From Patescibacteria group bacterium (lineage in GTDB: Bacteria > Patescibacteriota > Microgenomatia > UBA1406), in contig JBAYJK010000001.1 of NCBI GenBank assembly GCA_041665145.1, positions 165,629 to 229,628 on the forward strand: DNA of 64,000 nucleotides, written 5' to 3'. This document shows, in pieces, positions 53,198 through 60,941 of this stretch; the first letter of the stretch is position 1, and each line of letters opens with the position of its first letter. The translations under genes were made by a program, and so were the position numbers. The notes beneath the pieces are model-generated. The model was not told the DNA's origin and did not search any database. It was given only the letters and a program-made list of their open reading frames with translations.

Positions 53198-53266
53198 ATG
53201 GATAGGTTGGAATCCGACAGTAGGAAACTGTTTTTATTAGCCCCGCATTTTTGCGGGGTTTTTTAG
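53198..53266 (+). CDS. Candidate leaderless 22-codon upstream ORF MDRLESDSRKLFLLAPHFCGVF that reads through a terminator hairpin
   Basis: The ATG is 5 nt after the -10 box. The ORF covers the hairpin at 53241-53264. Its stop (TAG, 53264-53266) is followed by GGGGGA (an SD-like sequence) and ATG 53279. Confidence 0.35.
   Translation: MDRLESDSRKLFLLAPHFCGVF
53241..53264 (+). terminator. Leader terminator-like hairpin CCCCGC-attttt-GCGGGG + T6
   Basis: A 6-bp GC stem and U-run sit between the promoter and the HD-gene start. Confidence 0.55.
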
Positions 53267-53278
53267 TTGGGGGAAACT

Positions 53279-54700
53279 ATGAGTGCAGAACAAACAATCA
53301 TTTATCAAAAAATATCAGACAGAGCCCGGGGAGTGAGAAACTGTTACCCGTATGATTCAAGCCCCCCGATGGTCTTTCATAATGGGGACAAACCGGTCCA
53401 TCTTCGAGATTATCTGCTAAAAAGTAAAGTTGACGAAGAACATATCATTCGGTTGGAACAAGCACTCAACAATGGACCAAAAGATCGTATTGGCACTATA
53501 AATTCATATAGATTGCGAGATTATGTAGAACAGATTCAAGAAAGAAAAAGGATAGAAAATCGAAAAGCTCCACGAATCGCACGTCGTCATGCTGGTAAAA
53601 AGGAACGGCAAGTCTTACAGTATTGGCTAGCCCAAGCTGGTGAACAATCAAATCTACCCGATTTAAATCCCTACAAACTTGATCTTGGTGATTTATTTTC
53701 ATTAATGAATAACCGGCTTGCATGTGTCTTCGAAGCGGTAAATCCTTCTCTTGATGAATCATTACCCCTCGGGTTCAATAAGCATGGTGAACAACATGTC
53801 ACTAATGTTACCTTACAAACATTGGCACTACTGCGGATAAGGCAACATCTGCTATATGGGGGCAAAGTTCCTCTTGAACGACAAAAAGAAGAGCATGCTA
53901 TTTTAGCACGAGGAACTGCCATCGGTATGGGGCACGATGTTGGAAATCTTCTCAACAGAGATAATCACGAAGCGCTTTCTCCAGCCATATTAGGTACGCT
54001 TATCCCCGAACTGCTCTGCGACGCGCACGAGTGGGACAGAATTACACAGGGAATTGCGTTTCACAACGATTCTCTTATAGAACTTGTTTTTGCTGCTCAT
54101 GGCTTTACAACTCGTGCAGAAGAAATTAATTGGCTGAGAGATAATTTATGGCCTGATGCACTTGCGGTACTTGTCAGCGACATATCTCAATCCGTGGGTC
54201 GGGACAGAGTTTCGGATAAGCCAGATACTCGGGCAGCAGTTGATGCAGACAGACATCTTGCGTTGAGCCTGCTATTTCAATATGGAGAGCTTTCACTTTC
54301 TGAGGACGGAAAACATATGCTTTGTCCGCTCGATTTTACTCCTGGATTATCAAAGGAAGAAGAAGCCAGATATAGTCAATTTGCCCGTGGTAAAGCAAAT
54401 CAAGTGGTTGTTCCGACGCACACACATCAAATACACAGTGAATACGGAATTCCTCACCTATTCACCGAGGATTCAGATCTGAAGCACGTTTTTTTTGACA
54501 AGATAGTGCTCATGGTAGAAGCGGCATTTGCTCTGTTTCCCACGCTTGAAATATTTGATTTCCAAACAACCGATAGAGTGCCTGGTTCTCAAGGGGGAAC
54601 AATAATTATCGAAAGAATTTCGAGAGCTGGAATAGAAGCTGACATTGCTCAACTAAAACTTAAATATGTTACCAAAGAAGCAAAACAGGATGGCAACTAA
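53279..54700 (+). CDS. HD-domain metal-dependent phosphohydrolase
   Basis: Has H...HD motifs: KHGEQHVTNV and AIGMGHDVGN. SD-like GGGGGA lies 5 nt upstream of the ATG. Confidence 0.65.
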   Translation: MSAEQTIIYQKISDRARGVRNCYPYDSSPPMVFHNGDKPVHLRDYLLKSKVDEEHIIRLEQALNNGPKDRIGTINSYRLRDYVEQIQERKRIENRKAPRIARRHAGKKERQVLQYWLAQAGEQSNLPDLNPYKLDLGDLFSLMNNRLACVFEAVNPSLDESLPLGFNKHGEQHVTNVTLQTLALLRIRQHLLYGGKVPLERQKEEHAILARGTAIGMGHDVGNLLNRDNHEALSPAILGTLIPELLCDAHEWDRITQGIAFHNDSLIELVFAAHGFTTRAEEINWLRDNLWPDALAVLVSDISQSVGRDRVSDKPDTRAAVDADRHLALSLLFQYGELSLSEDGKHMLCPLDFTPGLSKEEEARYSQFARGKANQVVVPTHTHQIHSEYGIPHLFTEDSDLKHVFFDKIVLMVEAAFALFPTLEIFDFQTTDRVPGSQGGTIIIERISRAGIEADIAQLKLKYVTKEAKQDGN

Positions 54701-55337
54701 AATAATTACCATAGTCGGCAATATCGGGTCTGGAAAATCGACGCTGCTTCCTGTTGTGACCAAAGCCCTCAAAGCCAAAATGCTTGATGCCGATAGTTTG
54801 TTTCAAACTACTGACCCATTCAGAGAACTTTATCTGAGAGATTTAAAAAGATGGGCATTTGCGAATGAGCTGTGGCTCACGACACAGCGGGCAAGCATGT
54901 TGGAAAAACACGTTCGAAAATATCAGGGAAAACTAACCGTCATTGATAGCGGGCTTCTGATGAGTTGGGTATATACCTACAGCCATTTTGTAACAAAAAA
55001 TATTACCAAAGCGGAATGGGACTTATATCAACAGCTGTTTAAGGGATTAACAAAAAATTCACTTGAGGGGTCTCTCGTTATTTTTCTGGATTGTTCCATA
55101 AAAACTCTTCTGCAGCGAATTAAAAAAAGAGGCAGAGGCTATGAATTAAAGTTCTATACGGCTTCCTATTTGAGGCAGATTCAAAAAGGATTACGAGCGC
55201 TTAAACAACAATTTAAAAAATGGAATATTAGGGCGGTCGTAGTTTCTGAGAAGGCAGCCGGAAATTTTGATCAAGACAAGAAAGATAGACAAAAAATAAT
55301 TAAAATCATTTATAAATCTTACAACAACCGGAAATGA
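54690..55337 (+). CDS. Deoxynucleoside kinase family protein
   Basis: Has the P-loop IVGNIGSGKSTL, the LID-like RIKKRGRGYE and ERS-like motifs. The start at ATG 54690 overlaps the end of the HD gene by 11 nt. Confidence 0.8.
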   Translation: MATKIITIVGNIGSGKSTLLPVVTKALKAKMLDADSLFQTTDPFRELYLRDLKRWAFANELWLTTQRASMLEKHVRKYQGKLTVIDSGLLMSWVYTYSHFVTKNITKAEWDLYQQLFKGLTKNSLEGSLVIFLDCSIKTLLQRIKKRGRGYELKFYTASYLRQIQKGLRALKQQFKKWNIRAVVVSEKAAGNFDQDKKDRQKIIKIIYKSYNNRK

Positions 55338-56512
55338 ATCATGTCGATGTCGAACCGGTGGGACTCGAGCGCCATACCGCCCAACAGTTAGTTCAGGGAT
55401 TATTTCAAAACTCCGGTTTGCATGTTGTTAATATGGAACCACTCCAACAGGGTGCATTCTCGAGAGGGAGAGTTGTTGTCGTTCAAAATGGGGGTATCGA
55501 TACGCGGAGGTTGTTTTTGAAGCATCCGACACATATCACCGGGGTACTTACGCACTCGCACATGGACGAGCTGCATACAAATGCCCGTGCAATACCTCAT
55601 GGTATGACTACTCACGGCGTACTTGGAATGCGCAACGACCATGTTTTACATCCATTGGAAGCGGGGCATCGTGTTGAACGAATATATATGGTTTTAGACG
55701 CATTACCGGCTGAATCGATAAAGCTCACACGACTGCTGAGCCACTACGGTTTAGACACTGTTCAATCTGAAAGAACTCCCGTCGTAGACGCGGTCCACAT
55801 GGCGTTTCTTTTGAATAATATGAGTACTATATACAGCAACGTAATAGATGTGCTTGCAACTATTCATGAAGGAGCGCTTCCTCCAGAAAATGAGCGCGCA
55901 CGTTTGTATGCTGCCGGCCTTCAGAACATAATTACCGACCCAATCCGACTTGACGGAATAGCCAGTATTTATTTTGGATTTGGACAGGAATCCGCACTCA
56001 ACCATGATGCCTTCATGATGTTACGGAAGCGAATGGTATTACTTGCCCAAGCAAAAGGTGGCGAAGCGCAACGTTTGCGTACTGTTCATGGTGATTCATG
56101 GGGACCGAATATATTTGTGGACAACCACTTACAAACCCATTTTATAGATCCGGCAATTGCGCTTTCCGACGCAGGACTTGATGTTGTATTTGCTACGGCT
56201 GATATTGCGCATATTGCTATTAAGGAAGGAGTTCCTGAAGCTCCACAGATTTTTCTCGGTTTTGCGGACGAACTGGTAGACCATTATGCTCGAAAAACGG
56301 GAGACGTATCGATAAGAAAAAATATGGCTTTATTCTACGGTTTTAAAGGATTTGTTCGGGCTGTCTTTGACGCAAAAACGGAAGAATCACGGATGCAGGC
56401 ATTTTGCGGTGCACTTGGAGCAGTCACTCTAGCATTACGGGACCCTAATTTTGAATTCAGATTCTCTGACTTGGGAAAATATGCTGCCGTTGGAAAACAA
56501 CAATTACACTAA
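55334..56512 (+). CDS. Aminoglycoside/choline-kinase-like phosphotransferase (protein-kinase-like fold)
   Basis: Has a catalytic-loop-like VHGDSWGPNIFV and a downstream FIDPA...SDAGLD (Brenner/DxD-type motifs). ATGA overlap with the upstream gene. Confidence 0.6.
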   Translation: MNHVDVEPVGLERHTAQQLVQGLFQNSGLHVVNMEPLQQGAFSRGRVVVVQNGGIDTRRLFLKHPTHITGVLTHSHMDELHTNARAIPHGMTTHGVLGMRNDHVLHPLEAGHRVERIYMVLDALPAESIKLTRLLSHYGLDTVQSERTPVVDAVHMAFLLNNMSTIYSNVIDVLATIHEGALPPENERARLYAAGLQNIITDPIRLDGIASIYFGFGQESALNHDAFMMLRKRMVLLAQAKGGEAQRLRTVHGDSWGPNIFVDNHLQTHFIDPAIALSDAGLDVVFATADIAHIAIKEGVPEAPQIFLGFADELVDHYARKTGDVSIRKNMALFYGFKGFVRAVFDAKTEESRMQAFCGALGAVTLALRDPNFEFRFSDLGKYAAVGKQQLH

Positions 56513-57112
56513 GAAATTGTTTCCATATTCAAGTCGCTTATGAGCGAGGATTAGTCCAATTTTTCGAATTTCTGGGTGAATGAACGTGGGCAATCTCCAA
56601 TTAATTACTTCCTTATTCACAAACCGTTCATTGTCAGCTTTTGAAAATGTCGGTTTCACGCGGTCCACGTCAATCATTCCCAACGTATCCGCCTCCATAA
56701 TGGAAATTTCATCGACGCCTTTCAAGGAATCAACTTTGTCGTGAATCCATACGAGATGTGCTGTTTCGTTAATCTGTTGGCTGTTGACGAATTGAGAGCA
56801 GGAACTGTTTAATAAGTGTTTTACTTTTTCGGCACCTCTGTCCATATGTGAAAGTTTTTGTTTAGCGATTTCTTTGGGGTCATCGCTGTTAAAACCATCA
56901 AATAATCCGATATATCCCCAGTCATGCGCATAGGCTGCCGGAATCATTACATACGGGTCAAGGTCATTCTCTGTATTGTTCAAAATGTATTTCATCCAAA
57001 AGACAACTGCTTCGGTGTGGGGCCGATCAAAATTTTTCCGTCCTCGGTCGAGATCCGGAAGTATAGCGTGTTGGAGAATCTCTTCAAATACTGGAGGAAT
57101 ACTTTTCGGCAT
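56504..57112 (-). CDS. HD-domain phosphohydrolase
   Basis: Has RPHTEAV ... AAYAHDWGY (H..HD). The start at ATG 57112 is 6 nt after TATAAT (57119-57124, minus strand). Confidence 0.7.
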   Translation of the reverse strand: MPKSIPPVFEEILQHAILPDLDRGRKNFDRPHTEAVVFWMKYILNNTENDLDPYVMIPAAYAHDWGYIGLFDGFNSDDPKEIAKQKLSHMDRGAEKVKHLLNSSCSQFVNSQQINETAHLVWIHDKVDSLKGVDEISIMEADTLGMIDVDRVKPTFSKADNERFVNKEVINWRLPTFIHPEIRKIGLILAHKRLEYGNNFLV

Positions 57113-57160
57113 GCAGCTATTATATAGCAACAATTTCTGAGTTTGTATATAATTGGTCAC

Positions 57161-59299
57161 ATGGGACGACACAAACAGATGAAGATTCCGTTTTTGAAAA
57201 TGAAGCTGAAGTCGGGTACGATTTACAGTATTTTTGCGCTCCTTATGTTTTTGGCATTTTTGTTGACCATTTTTTCGTTTTACCAGAAAGCGACATTTCT
57301 TAATTCACTTAACGAACTGTTGGTGTTTTATTTTGGAAAGGGTGCAATATTCACTCCGGTTATGTTTTTGTTTGCCGCCGGCGTGATGATTCAAACAAAG
57401 AAAATGCGCATTGTCAAACCTCATTGGTTTTTGGGTTATATGATTATGTTTGTGTCGTATCTCATTATTCTTAATGCCGGTTATTTCGGTTCGACATTCA
57501 GTTCGCAGATTTCGGACTTTATTTCACGGCCGGGTACGATTGTGTCATTTGTTATCATCTTTCTAATCGGAGCACTGGTTATGTTTGAAATGTCGATTAT
57601 AGACGGGATTAAGGTAGTGGCAAACTTCGTTGCTTCGCTGTCGGGTCAGATGGAAAAAATGCAGGGAACTCTCAGTAAGGGTAAAGAAAAGAACGAGCTA
57701 CTCAGCCGCGGTAACAAAGATGATTTTGTAGGAGGCGGTAACAAAAAGGAACATGATCATATGCTGATACCCAAGTCCAATGTGACTCTTTCCAAAGACA
57801 CGCCGATAAAAGGCACTATCGACGGTTCATTCAAGCCAATAGAGCATAAATCCACCGGTGTTGCCTGGAAATTTCCTCCTTTATCATTATTGGATGCAAG
57901 TAAAGGAACAGATGCTGACAGAGGAGACGTAAAGCATAATTCTGACATGATCGAGGAAACACTCGACAGTTTCGGCATTAAAGCCCGTGTTGCAGACGTA
58001 AATTATGGTCCTGCTATCACCCAATATGCGATACAGATTGCCAAGGGAGTTAATCTTAGCAAGGTAACCGCTTTATCAAACAACCTTGCTCTTGCACTGG
58101 CTGCTCCCAACGGACAAATCCGTATTGAGGCGCCGATTCCCGGAAAATCACTTATTGGTATAGAGGTTCCAAATATCCGTTCTCAAGTAGTGACTCTGAG
58201 ACAAATGCTGTCTGATCCGATCTTTGGCGACCGGTCAAAATTGCTACTTGTTCCGATGGGGGTTGATGTTTCTGGTCAACAAGTGGCTCTGGAAATTAAT
58301 AAAATGCCCCATGTGCTTGTTGCGGGAACTACTGGCTCAGGAAAGTCGGTTATGCTTTCTTCGTGGATATGTACCCTCATGTTCAGAACAACTCCTGACG
58401 AGGTCGGCTTGGTACTGATTGACCCGAAACGCGTGACATTCATGATGTTTGACGAAACCCCACATCTTATTACTCCCGTTATAACTGATCTTACACAGAC
58501 GGTATCGGCACTGAAATGGGCAGTCAAAGAAATGGAAGACCGCTACAAAACCCTTGCTGATGCGCGGAGTAGGGATATTTTTTCTTATAATGAAGCAGCT
58601 GAACGTGATAAACGCATGCGACTGATCATTATATGTATTGATGAGCTTGCTGATCTTATGATGTATGCTTCAAAAGAAGTGGAAGACTCGATAACGAGGA
58701 TTGCCCAAAAGGCGCGTGCTGTCGGGATTTATTTAGTAGTAGCAACGCAACGGCCTTCGGTCGATGTTATTACCGGTCTCATGAAAGCGAATATACCCGC
58801 ACGTATTGCTTTTAATGTTTCGAGTATGATTGATTCGAGGGTTATTATCGACATGCCAGGTGCGGAAAAATTGCTCGGTCGTGGTGATATGCTTTTCCTG
58901 TCACCCGAGCAATCGAAACCACGGAGAATTCAAGGTCCGTTTGTTACCGACAAAGAATTGAAGAGTATGGTCGAGTTTCTGAAAACAACTACTCCAGTTG
59001 TTCATTATACCGAGGAAGTTACCCAACAATCCGTGAAGCAAGTGATGGACTCTAAGGGTAATGTATCAATAAAATCGACAAATCACGATGCATTATTTGC
59101 GGATGTAGTTCGGTTTGTCTGTCAGACTAAAAAAGCATCATCATCTCTGTTGCAACGTAAATTCTCTATCGGATATTCCCGAGCGGCGCGTATTGTTGAC
59201 GAGCTAGAACAGGCAGGCGTTGTGGGACCTGCTGACGGCCCGAAAGCTCGCGATATTCTCGTGAGTGATCCGGAAGAATTTTTGAAAAGTCTCTCGTAA
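57161..59299 (+). CDS. ftsK: DNA translocase FtsK
   Basis: Has N-terminal TM helices, the motor-domain Walker A GTTGSGKS, Walker B IIICIDELADL and the C-terminal gamma winged helix (LLQRKFSIGYSRAARIVDELE). ATG 57161 is 7 nt after TATAAT (57148-57153). Confidence 0.9.
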   Translation: MGRHKQMKIPFLKMKLKSGTIYSIFALLMFLAFLLTIFSFYQKATFLNSLNELLVFYFGKGAIFTPVMFLFAAGVMIQTKKMRIVKPHWFLGYMIMFVSYLIILNAGYFGSTFSSQISDFISRPGTIVSFVIIFLIGALVMFEMSIIDGIKVVANFVASLSGQMEKMQGTLSKGKEKNELLSRGNKDDFVGGGNKKEHDHMLIPKSNVTLSKDTPIKGTIDGSFKPIEHKSTGVAWKFPPLSLLDASKGTDADRGDVKHNSDMIEETLDSFGIKARVADVNYGPAITQYAIQIAKGVNLSKVTALSNNLALALAAPNGQIRIEAPIPGKSLIGIEVPNIRSQVVTLRQMLSDPIFGDRSKLLLVPMGVDVSGQQVALEINKMPHVLVAGTTGSGKSVMLSSWICTLMFRTTPDEVGLVLIDPKRVTFMMFDETPHLITPVITDLTQTVSALKWAVKEMEDRYKTLADARSRDIFSYNEAAERDKRMRLIIICIDELADLMMYASKEVEDSITRIAQKARAVGIYLVVATQRPSVDVITGLMKANIPARIAFNVSSMIDSRVIIDMPGAEKLLGRGDMLFLSPEQSKPRRIQGPFVTDKELKSMVEFLKTTTPVVHYTEEVTQQSVKQVMDSKGNVSIKSTNHDALFADVVRFVCQTKKASSSLLQRKFSIGYSRAARIVDELEQAGVVGPADGPKARDILVSDPEEFLKSLS

Positions 59300-59310
59300 A
59301 GACAAACCCT

Positions 59311-59922
59311 ATGAAAACGATCAGCGATATTTTGACGGAGCGTCGTACCGAACTTGGATTAAGTATCTCTCGAGTTAATAAAGATACCAAAATTCCGGTT
59401 CAGTACCTTACGGATGTGGAGGCGGGCGTCTGGAAAAATTTCTCATCGACGACATTAGCGCAGGGCGTAGTTAAAAAATACGCCGGTTATTTGAAGTGTG
59501 ACAATAAAAAAATCAGCGCAATGTTACGACGGGAACTTATTGAAGACCCGACCAAATTTATACTCGAATCGAGTTATAAAGAAAAAACGTCGATCGTGAC
59601 CCATCAGTTAATTCTATTTATTTTTCTTCTTATTTTTGTAGCTTATTTTGGGATTCAGGTAATTATATTCGCGCGTAAACCGCCGATACAACTCCGACCA
59701 CTTCCTGCAGTTATCAGGTCAAGTCAGCCGTTTGTTATTGAAGGCACAACAGAGAAAGGGGCGCTTGTATATTTAAATGAAGAGAGAGTGTATCAGAATA
59801 GTAAGGGGGTATTTCGTGAAGAGATGTATTTAAAAAAAGGAAAAAAGGTTATTACGCTTAAAGTCATCGGGACAAATGGTACAATTGAGAGCAGAATAAT
59901 TACAGTTACCGTTACCGAATAA
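59311..59922 (+). CDS. RodZ-like HTH-domain membrane protein
   Basis: Has an N-terminal XRE-type HTH (LTERRTELGLSISRVNKDTKIPVQYL), one TM helix and an extracytoplasmic C-domain. Confidence 0.6.
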   Translation: MKTISDILTERRTELGLSISRVNKDTKIPVQYLTDVEAGVWKNFSSTTLAQGVVKKYAGYLKCDNKKISAMLRRELIEDPTKFILESSYKEKTSIVTHQLILFIFLLIFVAYFGIQVIIFARKPPIQLRPLPAVIRSSQPFVIEGTTEKGALVYLNEERVYQNSKGVFREEMYLKKGKKVITLKVIGTNGTIESRIITVTVTE

Positions 59923-59924
59923 AA

Positions 59925-60248
59925 ATGATTACTATTGACGATTTTTCCAAACTCGATATCCGTATTGGTACTATCGTGGCCGTAGAGAAGGTTGAAAACG
60001 CCGACAAGCTTCTCAAATTTGAGATAAATTTTGGTGACGAACAGAGGCAGGTAATGAGCGGTATAGCCGAATTCATTCCGGATCCATCGACGCTTATCGG
60101 GAAACAGGTTCCTGTTTTGCTGAATCTTCCTTACAGAAAGTTTCGTGGATTCGAAAGCCAGGGAATGATTTTAATGGGTGACGATGGCGTTGAACCGGTG
60201 CTTCTGCATCCTGCAAAAAGCATAACGGCAGGGTCTTCGGTTCGGTGA
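59925..60248 (+). CDS. tRNA-binding domain protein (CsaA / MetRS C-terminal EMAP-like OB fold)
   Basis: Has DIRIGTIVAVEKVENADKLLKFEINFGDEQRQVMSGIA. Confidence 0.75.
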   Translation: MITIDDFSKLDIRIGTIVAVEKVENADKLLKFEINFGDEQRQVMSGIAEFIPDPSTLIGKQVPVLLNLPYRKFRGFESQGMILMGDDGVEPVLLHPAKSITAGSSVR

Positions 60249-60295
60249 GTTAAATGTGAGTTGACTATTCCGTTGTTTTATTAGATCATGTATCC

Positions 60296-60556
60296 ATGAA
60301 CCTTGAAACAATTCAGATTGTTATTGTGGCAGCGCTTTCAGTTTCCACAATACTTATTGTCATTATTGGTATACAAGTCGTGCTTCTCCTAAAAGATCTG
60401 CGAAAGATTGTCCGTCGAGTCGAGAAAATTACCGCGGGAGTGAGTACGGTTTCGACATTTATCGAGAAATCTCTTCTTGATGTAGGCTCACTTGCCGATG
60501 TTGGAAAAGGCGTTTTCAAAATAATCGCCAAAATTATTGATCGAAAAACAGCATGA
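60296..60556 (+). CDS. DUF948-like small membrane protein
   Basis: Has an N-terminal TM helix followed by an amphipathic helix (LLKDLRKIVRRVEKITAGV). Confidence 0.45.
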   Translation: MNLETIQIVIVAALSVSTILIVIIGIQVVLLLKDLRKIVRRVEKITAGVSTVSTFIEKSLLDVGSLADVGKGVFKIIAKIIDRKTA

Positions 60557-60825
60557 GTATGCATAATGAAAACCATCAGGAAGGAAATTTCTTTACTGGC
60601 ATGATCATGGGATGCGTGCTTGGGGCGGGTGCAGTGTACTTAACCATGACGAAAGAAGGCAGGAAAATTGCTCACGCACTTCTTAATGCTGCCGAAGAAT
60701 TGGGTGAAAAAGGCGAGGTGTACTACCAGGAGTTGGTATCTGAAACGGAAAAAACAGCAGTAAAAGATAAAGATACAGGCTCAAAGGTGAAAATTAAGAC
60801 CTTGATGGAGAAGCTGAAGAAATAA
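60553..60825 (+). CDS. YtxH-like small membrane/stress protein
   Basis: Has the G-rich TM helix FFTGMIMGCVLGAGAVYL followed by a charged helical tail. Confidence 0.5.
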   Translation: MSMHNENHQEGNFFTGMIMGCVLGAGAVYLTMTKEGRKIAHALLNAAEELGEKGEVYYQELVSETEKTAVKDKDTGSKVKIKTLMEKLKK

Positions 60826-60840
60826 GCGTTAAAAAGGGTC

Positions 60841-60869
60841 TTGACAGTGGCTTGAGCGTAATGTATACT
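60841..60869 (+). promoter_or_regulatory. Promoter TTGACA-17-TATACT upstream of rpoB (72-nt leader)
   Basis: TTGACA at 60841-60846, a 17-nt spacer and TATACT at 60864-60869. Confidence 0.65.
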
Positions 60870-60941
60870 AACAACTCGCACGTAGTCGAGCGTACTCTTT
60901 GTACGCTTTTCTTTTGTTTTATGTTCAAGTAGCACGAACTA

